From IMG/VR virus record IMGVR_UViG_2595698668_000001, positions 1 through 64,000 of that record: 64,000 nt of DNA. The stretch is one strand, 5' to 3'. The DNA comes from a virus (Duplodnaviria; Caudoviricetes). This document shows, in pieces, positions 11,830 through 23,417 of the stretch (position 1 is its first letter; every line of letters starts with the position of its first letter). Made by a program: the position numbers and the translations under genes. The notes beneath the pieces are model-generated. The model searched no databases. It was not told where the DNA came from and saw only the letters and a program-made list of their open reading frames with translations.

Positions 11830-12042
11830 TTATTCCTCAATGATAGTGAAGTAATGGCTTTCGTCTTCGATATGGATAGTGAACTCACCACCAGCAGTAT
11901 CCCAGAATTCTCCTGTGTCGTCAATCTCTACTTTGAATGGATTCATACCAAACCGTTGAGCCATATTTTTATTGTGAGATGGAGAAACACCACTACAGCT
12001 AAATTCTTCCATTGCTTGCTCATCAACAAAACGGATTTTCAT
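11830..12042 (-). CDS. MKIRFK-family paralog
   Basis: MKIRFVDEQAMEEF...HNK...GMNPFKVE; closest to 17363..17581. Confidence 0.85.
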   Translation of the reverse strand: MKIRFVDEQAMEEFSCSGVSPSHNKNMAQRFGMNPFKVEIDDTGEFWDTAGGEFTIHIEDESHYFTIIEE

Positions 12043-12282
12043 TTACTTAATCTCCACCAGACGCCACGGGATCATATTAATGGTATAGAAGCACCAAGAC
12101 ATTGAACTATCGAGGATATTGTAGATAGTACCATCACCCATCTCAATCACAGTGATACCCTCTGTATATCCTGTCTTGAGGGTTTCTTTTACTGTGAAAT
12201 AGTTACCCACTTCCATCAGAGGAAATTCGGATTTCATGATAGGGCTTACTTCTTCGATGATTTTGAATTTCTTATTCATCAT
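12043..12282 (-). CDS. WCFYT-family paralog
   Basis: EFP..VG..FTVKET...G..YNI...WCFYT shared with 19286..19633 and 19630..20022. Confidence 0.8.
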   Translation of the reverse strand: MMNKKFKIIEEVSPIMKSEFPLMEVGNYFTVKETLKTGYTEGITVIEMGDGTIYNILDSSMSWCFYTINMIPWRLVEIK

Positions 12283-12497
12283 ATCTTTATTCCTCTAATA
12301 GTTTGGTGAGCAGTATTCATCCCTTGAATTCAATTCCGAAATCCCTCTTTAGTGCCACAATAGCCTTGCGCCTTACCGCACTCGTCGAACCACTTCGTGC
12401 TAATGATTCAAGGCCAATGATTCGTGAGTTTGCTGGGTGACGGCCTTGATCCCAGACGCTTTTTATGCTCGGAATGTGATTGGTCTTTGACACTAAA

Positions 12498-12740
12498 TTA
12501 TTCCTCGATGATGAAATATTGTTGTTCGAATTGATGAATCTGCGCTTCCCATTGATTAAACTCACCAACTTCAATAACGTCATCATTATCATCTACTAGC
12601 GCAATGATGGTTTGTCCACACTCTTCATACGAAATAACATCATGGGTATCCATTCCCATATAGTCTGCAATCGCCACATTGGCATCAGAAAAACAACGGA
12701 ATTTATATTGAGCGTCGGTATCTTTAAAACGGATTTTCAT
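12498..12740 (-). CDS. MKIRFK-family paralog
   Basis: MKIRFKD...ANVAIADYMGMDTH; DNA-level identity patch with 11578..11826. Confidence 0.85.
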   Translation of the reverse strand: MKIRFKDTDAQYKFRCFSDANVAIADYMGMDTHDVISYEECGQTIIALVDDNDDVIEVGEFNQWEAQIHQFEQQYFIIEE

Positions 12741-13264
12741 AATAGCTCCTTAACAATCAACACAAACATTATAAAACAGATCGCCAGAGTAAACAACCCT
12801 CCAATGCCACCATTTGCATCTTTTTTACCAGCCCATTCAGCTACATGAATAAGAAAGAGACCAAGCAATACCAGAACCAAGGTAATGAGGATATCCATCA
12901 TTGGGTAATCCCCAACACTTCAATACTATCCAGAGCTTCCTGACGCTTGGCTTTGACCTTTTCCTGTATGTGATTATGGTAGCGAGTGAGGGCTTTACGA
13001 CGCGCTTTGTCTAGTGCTTTGACTTCTTTCTTGTTGTTATAGATATCGAAAATCACGTCACAAGTTTCTGGGTTGGATCGGTTAAGGAAAATACTACGTG
13101 TTTCCCCTTCACTACCACAGCTAAAACCCAGATGAAAACCTTCAAAGAAAACAGTTCGTGACGTATCACCAAAGATATCCCCAGTTGGATGGGTTTCCAT
13201 ATACTGGACCATGGCTGCGGCTTTGGGGTCGATTTTGCGGAAGAACGAGAACATAGTTAGCTCC

Positions 13265-13483
13265 TTAGTGAACCAGAGTTTTTGCTTTCTTGGTGATGAT
13301 GGTAACGGCCTTACAACCATTCTTACGAACACCACGACCAACAGACAGGGTTTTGTTCCCGGTAGAGTTCACATCGACAGTACGAGCCCAGCGATTAGTG
13401 GCCTGAGTACCATTGTCAGTCATTTTACCAAAACCAGCAACACGAGCAGCGGAACGAGTGGCGAAGAAGATTTGTGCAGTCAT
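13265..13483 (-). CDS. Small basic early protein
   Basis: First gene after promoter TTGACA-N17-GATACT (~13526-13557) with AAGGA SD. Confidence 0.7.
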   Translation of the reverse strand: MTAQIFFATRSAARVAGFGKMTDNGTQATNRWARTVDVNSTGNKTLSVGRGVRKNGCKAVTIITKKAKTLVH

Positions 13484-13882
13484 GATAATTTCCTTTTTAA
13501 GAGAGGGACAACCCGTCCCAACAACAATAGTATCTCAAACTCGGTGTTTTGTGTCAATCAGTTTTTCAAAAGATTTTGGATTTCTTCCATCTCATCTTTC
13601 AGATCGCTAATCCAGTATTGAGCAGGGAAGCAATTCAGGAACTCCATATAAGCCCGGATAACTTCGATGCATTCTTCTACATCACCGAGATAAATCATTT
13701 CACAAGCCCAGTCATAATCGACACCGTAAACGGTTTGGGCTTCATCATACACTTCATCAGTGATATTGTTCTCTGCAACGTTGATAACTTTTTTGGCAAG
13801 GGAAACGACGTAGTTCATGATAATTTCCTTTTCTTCCTCAATGGGTATATGTGTATATTACTAGACTACCAAATGGAGTCAA

Positions 13883-14359
13883 TCAATTTCGAAAAAGATT
13901 TTCCAGATCTTTTACCTTCATACCAGCTTTATTGGCAACTTCCAGTTTCTTGAGACGCTTATCAATCTGTGTTTGCAATGATTCATCCATCTTAACCTCT
14001 TCAATAGACACGTATAGAACACCATCAACACGGATAAATGGAACTTCCGTCACCGGGGCTTTGTTGACGATAGAGAAGTGTTCCGCAATATTTTTGTCAG
14101 TTGTTGTAATAGCTCCATGATCATTAGCAACAAACCACGCTTTTTCATCAGGGTCACCAACCTCAAAATAGAAAGCACTCTCGATGAGGGTCAGATAGTC
14201 ATTATTAAATGAATAATCCCGTGTGTAATATCCTTGTTTGGTGGTCTGCCAATTAGCACCATTCTCAATGGCATCGAGTACCTTCTTACCCCATTCACTA
14301 TCTCCACTTTCTTTGATGAACGTAGATTTATGAACATAAGATTTGAATTTCAGTTTCAT
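13883..14359 (-). CDS. MKIRFK-like N-terminal domain fused to an extra C-terminal region
   Basis: MKLKFKSYVHKSTF...IESAFYFE. Confidence 0.65.
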   Translation of the reverse strand: MKLKFKSYVHKSTFIKESGDSEWGKKVLDAIENGANWQTTKQGYYTRDYSFNNDYLTLIESAFYFEVGDPDEKAWFVANDHGAITTTDKNIAEHFSIVNKAPVTEVPFIRVDGVLYVSIEEVKMDESLQTQIDKRLKKLEVANKAGMKVKDLENLFRN

Positions 14360-17303
14360 ATTAATTCCTTACTTGGAAGCGTAATAAATTGCAGCACGGA
14401 GATTTACCAGAGCCATATCAAGGTGGATACCAATCAGATCATCTTCATAAGAATCGCCACGGTCTGAAACAGTTTTTGCATCATCGATATTACGAAGGGC
14501 CGAATCGATATAACCCCGAACCTCATCATCTCCAAAAGGAACCGCGATATAAACGTGGGAAATGGTATTCATGATATCAGAATAATCGCAGTCGGAAACC
14601 TCAAATTTCTTAGACAGACATTGAACAGATTTAAAAGACTCACGCAGGGCAATTACGATTTCCATAATATTCTCCTTAGACTTCAACACGAACAGCAGTA
14701 TAACCGTAACCAAGATACGCATTAGCATCGGTCATGATTTGAACTTGACGGATAGCTTCATCACGCGCTTTCCCATCATATTCAACGGTAGCCTCGATAT
14801 GGACCGAAACAACATAGTCAAAGCTATCCGGGCCGTTTTCCAGTACCGCATATGCATTGCGATAAACCAGACCTTGACGTTTTTTGGATTTTGCTTCTTC
14901 CAACTTGACAGCGATTGCATTCATCATTTCGTTTACCATAAGAACCTCCGTCGTTTCGATATACACATAGTAAAACAAATGACTCACCGAAGCAAGCCAT
15001 TTTTCATTTTATTTTCAGCCAAGAATCTTACTGAAATCCATAATTTTCAGAAGTTCCACATACCCGTTGATGGACATTGCACACAGGGCAAAGTGCAACA
15101 AGTAAGTAAAGAATTTTTCCATCTTACTGGATTGGCGAGATTCGTAATAGGTTGCAACACCGTTGAACACGATACCACACAGAAACATGGTGGTGATAAG
15201 AACAAAACCAACTTGACTATTAATAAAATCCATCATAATAAACCCCTTATAGGTAGTAGTCTTTCATTTCAAACGGGATATGGTTTTCTTCCGCCAGATG
15301 TTTCATGGTAGCAACATCACTCACATCACAGGTGGTAACGTAATCATTGAAGCTTGGTTCGGTCAGAATAACCCGCTGGCCGTCAATATCGAAAATGTAA
15401 TCAATTTGGGTAAAACCGATATCTGCATCATAATTTGTTTTGGTAACGTGTTCCACACCAATCATTTCCAGAAGTTCCAACAGGTCTTGAATATCGAAGC
15501 GAATATACATAATCAAATTTCCTCTACCAGAATTTCACACTGTTCACCATAAAAAGCTTCTTTAGCAATTTTCTTACCGAAGTTCAAAGCCCCTTTATGA
15601 GTCTTGTAAACATCATAAGAAATAGAACCGGTTTCGCCTTTAACAGTCACTTTGAAATCTTTCATGATACTTTCCTCGTGTTTTCCCAACAAGGAAAGTA
15701 TCCCATAAATCGATTACCGTTACAAGTAGTTTTTTAGAAAATTATACTCATCAGAGTTCAATTGCACATATGGAACTAGGTTACTATCCAGAGATAAAAT
15801 GAACTCGATGATAGCCACACGGTCGTGGTGTAATTGACCAATCTTTTCTGGTGTCATCCATTTCAACGACAGTTGGACGTTCTTTGTATCAATCAAAACC
15901 ATCATACTATCCCCTTAGAAAGTGTTGTCTACATCATCATAATCGGTTGGGCTCCACAGATCATCGTCATCATCTTCCCGTTTCTTGGAAAGCGATTTGA
16001 CGTGCTCAGACCAACGTTTAGCAGCGTTGTAGGTGTAGAAGGTGCGATTAGTACCACCCGGATGACTACCATCAATACCAGCATCGGTGAGGCTGAAATC
16101 GTCATTAAAGAAGTCACTCACTTCTCGAACCACACCGAATTTGTAACTACTGGTTTTGAACCACTTACGATAGTTCACCCAGATAGTACCATTCAGAATA
16201 GAATCTTTTTTCTTGTACACAAATGGACGAGAAGTGATCAGAATCTTGGTGATGAAAGCAGTAGGGCCACATACACGATATACAGTCTGACCAGCGCGGA
16301 GAGATTTTGCAGTTACTTTACCTTTAGCCATGATTATTGCTCCTGATATACTTTAACCAAATTCATGAGGAAATTAAGTTCTTCATCGGTGATATATGGT
16401 GTGGCTTCAATCCATTTACCCAAAGCCACTAGTGCCATTCGATGACCGTTAGATTTTATCAGGTCACTGGTTTGTTTTGCAACTAGTTCTACAAGAATTT
16501 TATTTTTCATGATATCCCCTTAGATGGTAAGTTTTGCTTTAGCGTGATAAACACCAATATATTTTTCTTGAACCTTTTTGATTGCGGTTTCTGGTGAAGT
16601 AGCCCATGTGTATTCGGTAAGGACTTTACCACCGAATGCATTTTGGATTTTGAAGGAAACGATAAAACTTTTCATAATATCCCCTTAATAATTCTTAACA
16701 ACGATATGAGAGATGGAATCACCGTAAGTTTCCAGCGCCTGTTTGGTGTACATACGGCCTTTATTCTCAACACCATTTTCGGTGGTGATACTCACATCAA
16801 CAACAAAGTCCATACCACCATTATCAAGCGCGGCCTTCATGGTGATGGTCCCGATAGTAGAAGTACAAACCAGAGTTTGATTACCCAGCATGTTGTTCAG
16901 GCGATTGCGGAGTTTGGTGTTCATGGTATTTCCTTCTCAGTTGGTGTACAGACATATTATCAAAAACAAAAACAAGCGTAAAGCGTTATTTGATAAATTC
17001 TTTGTTCAGACGGTAAATATTTTCTTCGTAGTAGTTGTCACCATAAACACGGTTACGACCATAGTTATATTTCTTCAAAGTAGGCTCTTTCACACTGAAC
17101 TTGTGGTCAACAATCAGAACACCGACCTTAATGAGAGCGCGAACAGTAGCACGGTTAACAGCACCCAGACGGAAAGTCATATCTTCTTTGGCCTTACCCT
17201 TGGGAGTGTTTTCCCAGCGAACCAAATCAACTTGATATTGGTTCCAAAGACGCTCAACTTCCGCAACACAAATAGCAACAACTTCGTTTTGGGCTTTGCT
17301 GAG

Positions 17304-18027
17304 TTTCATGATTTCTTCCTTTCCGTCTCTCGTTTCGATATGGATATAATACCAGATCTGGACTACGATGCAACAACTATTTCAAAATAAATTCCTTCAC
17401 CTGCTTTGTGAATAGTGAAATCACCGTCAACCGTATCCCACCACCAACCGGTTACATCAACCTCAACCTCGAAAGGGTTCATACCATAACGTAGAGTCAG
17501 ATCTTTATTATGGGAAGACCAACCAAGGTTGATACCCGCAAACTCGTTCATATGGTATTCGGATTTGAATTTGATTTTCATGATTAACCTCTTTGAACTT
17601 TAGCAACGTTTTTCTTGAACTCTTCGACTTTCTTTTCCATCAACTCAACAAAAGTAACTGGGGCCTTGCGAGCTTTAGCAGCATCAAGTTGATCTTCCAG
17701 ATCGAACATCTCACGAGTGACGTAGAGTTGAGCAATTGTCAGGGTGTATTTGTCGGCCTGCTCATCAGTCATATCAGCAACAACACCATAGTTCTGACCG
17801 TTGGCGATATCAACACCGTGCTCAGGACGGAAGTGGTTACCGAGCATCGCACCAGTCTCTGGATGGCACAGGGTCATTTGCTTCTTACCACAGGATTTCA
17901 CAACGGCACGGGACCAAGAGAAGGTGCCTTTACCGTCTACGCTTGCAACCTGAATAACAACCTGACCTTTGGTGAATGCTTTCATGATTTCTTCCTTTTC
18001 GTCTCTCGTTTCGATATGGATATAATA
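17304..18027 (-). repeat. 48-bp direct repeat pair (17304-17351 and 17980-18027) covering -10 box, leader, SD and start codon
   Basis: tttcatgatttcttcctttYcgtctctcgtttcgatatggatataata, 47/48 identical. Confidence 0.9.
17363..17581 (-). CDS. MKIRFK-family paralog
   Basis: MKIKFKSEYHMNEF...HNK...GMNPFEVE...WDT.DGDFTIH. Confidence 0.85.
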   Translation of the reverse strand: MKIKFKSEYHMNEFAGINLGWSSHNKDLTLRYGMNPFEVEVDVTGWWWDTVDGDFTIHKAGEGIYFEIVVAS

Positions 18028-18058
18028 GTCGAAAGGGCCTACCGAAGCAAGCCCTTTT
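18021..18058 (-). promoter_or_regulatory. Early promoter whose -35 lies inside a cUUCGg terminator-like hairpin
   Basis: AAAGGGCTTGC-TTCG-GTAGGCCCTTT; TTGCTT-N17-TATTAT. Confidence 0.8.
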
Positions 18059-19285
18059 ATCATTTATTTCAAAATAAATTCTACGATGTCGTATTGTTCT
18101 GGGTCGATTTGGATAAACAGATTGTCGTTGACACCATCCAAAGTATCTTGAAGCTTCTGAGTGGTTGATTCGGTATAGACGAAAGAAACTGCATGATCTC
18201 CAATTGCTTCATCGTCTACCAAATAAACAGCTTCACCACATACCTCTACCATAGCAACTTTACCAGTATATTTGTTTTTCAGTGCATAGAACATATTTTT
18301 ATCCTTGGTTGAAAGTAACAACAATTTCCATCTCATGCATAGCCGGACCATACAACTCGATAGCGTTATAACCGGTTGGGTCAAAATGAACCAATCCTTC
18401 TACTTCAAAATGATTACCGAAGAAAACAAATTCTACTTTTGCATTGGGATCTCGTTCTTGGAGAATCTTAATCAAATCACAATTTTTCAAACTTAATTTC
18501 TCCTACCAGAGATTCAGAAACTCGGTCGTAAATCATAATGGTTTTTGCATTGTATGGACTATCAATAGAATCCACCATTTTCAACCAACAAGGGAAATCG
18601 GTTTCTTCGTAACAAGTGTAACTTTCTTCCCATTGACCGATAGTGGCAACGAAATCGCTACGAGTTTCGAACCAAGTATATCCCAGAGCTTCCATAATCT
18701 TTTTCATATCTTATTCCTCAAACAGCCAGTTGCGAACGTGGTCACGCATAACCCCGTACATGTATTTGGTCATTTCATCAGCAGCGATATCATTGTCACA
18801 AGCATCATAATCGATAACCCGACCGAAGAAGTTGCGGAGCGCAATACATTGAGAATTGCGCAACTCTTGTCCTTCCATCATATCACGAAATGCGTGAGAC
18901 TCGGGGGAAATTGTCAGAGCGATACGGTTATCGTGATAAGCCTTGATACGGTTAATCAGTTCGGCTTGCTGGTCGGTAAAAAGAATTCTCATTTCAATTT
19001 CCTCATCAGTGGACATAGGTATATTACCAGAACTAGCTATAGGGTCAAAGACTTTTTGAAATTATTTTAGCCACCAGACAAGTAAGGATGTTTGTTTGAC
19101 AAACCCAAAACAATACCAGCGGGTTTGTTCCATATTTTAGGGTAATCGTGGTGGTACAGACTACTAGCACGATAGTAAAGACCATGAGAATACAAGATAG
19201 AATCACATCACGATTGATCTTTTCCCCTAACTGAACAATGAAGTATATCGGAGCATAACAAGATAATGCCACCAAAGAAATCATA

Positions 19286-19633
19286 TCAAACCCCCGGCTT
19301 ATTTTTACGATGGTGTTCTAACATATAGAGGATCTCTTTCTCTCGTCTCTCCCAGCGAATCAATTTGTTTCTATCCTTGTCCGGAACAAGAAACTCATTA
19401 ACCATACCATTGGTATAGAAACACCATAACATTGGTGATGCAACTTCGATATTATAAACAGTACCACTGTCCATGGTAACAGTAGTGGCACCGACCATCA
19501 TACCATTATATTTGGTCTCATTTACAACAAAAGAAGCACCAATTACCATTTCTGGGAAAAAATTGTGAAAGCAGTCCCAGACACTATCTTTCTTGATAGT
19601 ATAACATTTATCTTTCATCATCACCTCAATCAA
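19286..19633 (-). CDS. WCFYT-family paralog
   Basis: FPEMVIGASF...MDSGTVYNI...WCFYT; tail WERREKE...HRKNKP shared with the next gene. Confidence 0.8.
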   Translation of the reverse strand: MIEVMMKDKCYTIKKDSVWDCFHNFFPEMVIGASFVVNETKYNGMMVGATTVTMDSGTVYNIEVASPMLWCFYTNGMVNEFLVPDKDRNKLIRWERREKEILYMLEHHRKNKPGV

Positions 19634-20022
19634 ATTGGTTTATTTTTACGATGATTTTCCAGAGCTTCAATCAACTCCTTCTCTTCCTTCTCCCAATTTG
19701 CCAACAACAAAGCTTTCTTTTCTTCCATCTCCATCTCTTTCTTCTTCAAATTGATATCCATCAAGGCTTTCTTTTCTTCGTCGGAGAGGTTTTCAACTGG
19801 GGTCAGATATTCTTCTGTCATATCTTCTGTGTAGAAGCACCAACACCAAGGATATTGGTTGATGTGATATTCGGTTCCACTATCCATGATAATAGATTCG
19901 ATACCATCAAAAGTATCCCCAACGGTCTCTGTTACCGTGAAAGATGCACCAACAATGAGTTCGGGGAATTCTTTATGAAATTCTTCAAAATCTTTTTTAA
20001 CAGTATAACGTTGGTTCAGCAT
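19630..20022 (-). CDS. WCFYT-family paralog
   Basis: FPELIVGASF...MDSGTEYHI...WCFYT; tail WEKEEKE...HRKNKP. Confidence 0.8.
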   Translation of the reverse strand: MLNQRYTVKKDFEEFHKEFPELIVGASFTVTETVGDTFDGIESIIMDSGTEYHINQYPWCWCFYTEDMTEEYLTPVENLSDEEKKALMDINLKKKEMEMEEKKALLLANWEKEEKELIEALENHRKNKPI

Positions 20023-20179
20023 AATAACTCCTTAACCGTTCAACATAGGGATGATTACGAACAGAACAACACCAACAATACCAGCACAGATCAAAGTCTC
20101 TTTGTGCTTGGTGATTTGGAATTTAGCGCGTTTCATAGCAAATTCAAAGTTAGTCATGTCATTTCCCTCATCTGTTTTC

Positions 20180-21450
20180 GTTTCAACAAGGATAGAATAA
20201 CAAAACGCTTACCCGAGAGCAAGCGTTTTTGAATTATTTTTCCAAAATACCAAGATATTGTCCAAGTTTTTTCTGGATTTCGTATTGACGACACACTTCT
20301 TTTAGCTCTAACATCTCATTAACAGAGTGTGTAATTTCTCCTATATCCGACGACGTAAAAACATCATCATAAGTTACACCTTTCATAGTGACTTTGTTAA
20401 AAATGTGGTCGATTGTAATATCTTTTGTTAGATTGATTACCCATCGAAGATCACCACAAGAATCAACAAAACCGCTGACTTCATATTCCCCAGTTGAGAT
20501 CTTTTCTTTAATATGCTCTACAACTACTTTCATAATGTTTCCTTAAATATCAATCGAGTCGAAAAGTTTATTCTTGTTTTCTACCTCTACAGCCTTTTGA
20601 CGAAATACAAAGGCTAGTTGGATGGAATTAACTTCGTCTTGACTGAAAACCCCACTAACGTAACCATGATTTCCGTCATGGACAAGATAATCAGGATAAT
20701 GGTCTCGGCCACCGGTTATATACCTAAGCTTTAATGTTTGTGCAATAGTGGTTTTATCTCTAGGATCTCCGGTAAAATTACCATTTTTGATGTGTTCGCA
20801 AATTCGATCTACTTTCTTACTACGTTCTGTCATAATTTTTCCTTAGCGTGGGTCCAACATCTTTTTGATTTCCATCATCAACATAATCTCAAGATACGAG
20901 ATCTGTTGGGCGGTAAGCTCTTTGTCTAGAGTAGTCAGAGTATATTCACCATCTTTCTGGACGCCTGCGGTGAAACCGAGATGAACACCAGAATCATACT
21001 TTGATTGAACTACCAGCTTTTCATTTTCACCAATAGAAGAAACAATCATAATTTTCCTTATTTCACTTTGAAAGTAACAATAATCGAACTGCCCATAGAA
21101 CCACTCCATTCCACCTTGATACCTTCGATAGTACCAATATTTTCTACAAGATCAACCACATTCTCTTTAGGTTGGTCGTATTTGAAGTCGATGTACATTT
21201 TGTGTTTTCCGGTTTTCTCAACGTCACGATACATTGCGAAGTTAAACTCACGGTATGCATCAGTCAGATCGGTTTTACGGAAGATCGCAATCTTTTTTGT
21301 ATCTACCTTACGAATGGCCTTGCGTACTTTAACCACTTCATGGTGAGTCTTGTTCGAGGTTTCTGTGATAAATTCTGCCATGTTATTCTCCTAACTGTTT
21401 TGTTTCAACAAGGATAGAATAACAAAGGGCTTGAACAATTACAAGCCCGG
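20180..21450 (-). repeat. 25-bp direct repeat pair (20180-20204 and 21402-21426) in promoter/terminator cassettes
   Basis: gtttcaacaaggatagaataacaaa; each copy has a TATTCT -10 and a different hairpin over the -35 (AAAACGCTTGC..GTAAGCGTTTT; GGGCTTG..CAAGCCC). Confidence 0.85.
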
Positions 21451-21696
21451 TTTGAAAATTATCCTTTAATTTTTACCAGATATCGGTCATTGTCAAATGG
21501 AGATACAATAGCCCGCCAACCAAAACAATCCGGATAACGATTATAGAGGATTTCTTCCACTGCATTATATGCTTTATCCAGAGAATAATGGTTTTCCTTG
21601 GTTGGGTTTTCTTTAAATGCATCATTTGCTACATCTGCTGCAATCAACAACCCAAACAGATCACCATCTTTTGTCACTTCAAAATATTGATTCATA

Positions 21697-22251
21697 TCAA
21701 GCCTTCTCTTTCCACTTTGCAATTTTCTTTTCCATCGTAGACAGGAAAAGATTTTCGATAGCTTGTTTGTTCATATCACCACAAGCAAGAGCGAACATAT
21801 CCATTGCAGCAATAGCCAGATCTACAGCCTCACCACGAATACCATCTTTACCCGGTTCCTTGTAAGACAAACCGTTTTCAATCTGTACCTCCAAAGACAG
21901 TTCTCCGAGTTCTTCCATACATTTGGAGAGTACGTAATCGTAAGTTCGCTTTTTGGAAGTATCGACCCGACCAAGTTCAATTGAGGTAGTGAAGATGGTT
22001 GACAAGCTTGGTTCTGGTTCATATTCTTCCAAAATAATTTCTGGATCTGATGGAGCAGCGAAACACCATGCACCATGATCATAATAAGGATTTACCTGTT
22101 TACCATAACAAGCAACGTCGCGAGTCCACAAGTAACCATTTTGGTCAATGTAATGACATTCAACTACATCACCGGTAGATACACCGAATTCATCTGATTC
22201 ATCTGCATGAATGTACACGATTTTATATTTCTTACCAAGTTCATATTTCAT
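21697..22251 (-). CDS. MazG-like nucleotide pyrophosphohydrolase with an extra N-terminal beta-rich domain
   Basis: KCMEELGELSLE...GEAVD (ExxE...ExxD) motif; N-terminus resembles 58122..58361. Confidence 0.75.
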   Translation of the reverse strand: MKYELGKKYKIVYIHADESDEFGVSTGDVVECHYIDQNGYLWTRDVACYGKQVNPYYDHGAWCFAAPSDPEIILEEYEPEPSLSTIFTTSIELGRVDTSKKRTYDYVLSKCMEELGELSLEVQIENGLSYKEPGKDGIRGEAVDLAIAAMDMFALACGDMNKQAIENLFLSTMEKKIAKWKEKA

Positions 22252-22261
22252 TTTCTGATTC

Positions 22262-23350
22262 TCATTTATAAAGATGTTCTAAGATTACCTTAGCCATTTG
22301 GTCTTTGTCAAGCTTAATCAACTTGTTGTAAAGTCGTTTACCAACTTCTATTTCAGGAGTGTATCCTTTCTCCCTGATTGTGTCAATCAGTTCTGGGAGA
22401 ATTTTAATAATATCAATCCAGTTTTGAAGGATTTCTGTCGTACCATCAGCAAACTCGTCGGGTGTGATGATAGGATGCTCCATATCCTGCCTGTATGGCT
22501 TTGTGAGACGTTCTAACTCAGGTGGGATAGAACCATCCTCAAACTTGAATACAATTAGCTGCCGGGGCTTGTACGACGTTTTGTGAGCTTGTTGTTTTAT
22601 ACGTTGCTCTAGAAAGTTTGTGATACCAATCTTGAAAAACTCGTTGGTGTCTTTATCGTAGTTTATCCAGTTTGTTATGTAAAGGTGTCCGGGTTTAGCT
22701 GGTTGGTATCCGCGATCTGAACAAGAAGGACAACGACGACCACCATAAACGAAATTATCGTAAGAAACTATTTGTTTACCATGAACAGGACAATTGTATT
22801 CAAACTTAGATTCCGCGCTTCTATACTCATCAGGAAAACCTAGATATTCATATCCTTCAGTTTCACAAAGTTCTTTTGTAATTGTTTCAGCTTCTGGATT
22901 TCTACGCATATTGCTTAAATGTCCAAACTTACAAGAAGGACAACGGCTACCAGTATTAACGAAACTGTTGTATGAAACTAGTTGTTTACCATGAACAGGA
23001 CAGATGTATTCAAACTTAGAGTTCTTGTTTTTATATCCATCTGGAAACCAGATAAACCCATATCCCATTTCTTCACACAACCGACCAACAATAACTTCTA
23101 TCTGAAACGGTTTCAATTGTGGTTTCTTAGAACACCCACAAGGAACTTGACCTTTCACCAAGTCACTTTTTTGACTCTCAAACAAATCAGGAAATAATTC
23201 CTTATCTTCACTACAGATAGAACAAGTCAACTTATAAACTTTATTGTTCCCAGATCTTCTATCGGAAACACCAACAACAGTCAACATCCCACCTTTCGGA
23301 GTAGGAAAAGTTTGTCCAATGAAATCATCTACTGGGCACTGACCACACAT
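22262..23350 (-). mobile_element. Free-standing homing endonuclease-like gene (Zn-ribbon repeats plus GIY-YIG/T5orf172-like domain)
   Basis: Two FEYxCPVHG...RCPSC repeats; C-terminal GHLYI...FKIGITN motif; own promoter. Confidence 0.75.
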
Positions 23351-23371
23351 AATCTATTCCTCAGAAACAAC

Positions 23372-23417
23372 AAAAGCCTATATCATCTAAGATACAGGCT
23401 TTGGATTATGAAGTCAA
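23372..23417 (-). promoter_or_regulatory. Early promoter with hairpin over the -10/+1 region
   Basis: TTGACT-N17-TATCTT; AAAGCCTGTATC-N6-GATATAGGCTTT; same design at ~47585-47628 and ~49050-49095. Confidence 0.75.

Noticed and set aside
21058-21381. MAEFITE start resembling a capsid-targeting sequence
   Set aside because: It lacks the basic MKT lead-in and is the first gene behind an early promoter; the match is too short
6739-21426. Repeats considered as a CRISPR or mini-array
   Set aside because: Only two copies each, separated by whole genes and matching promoters
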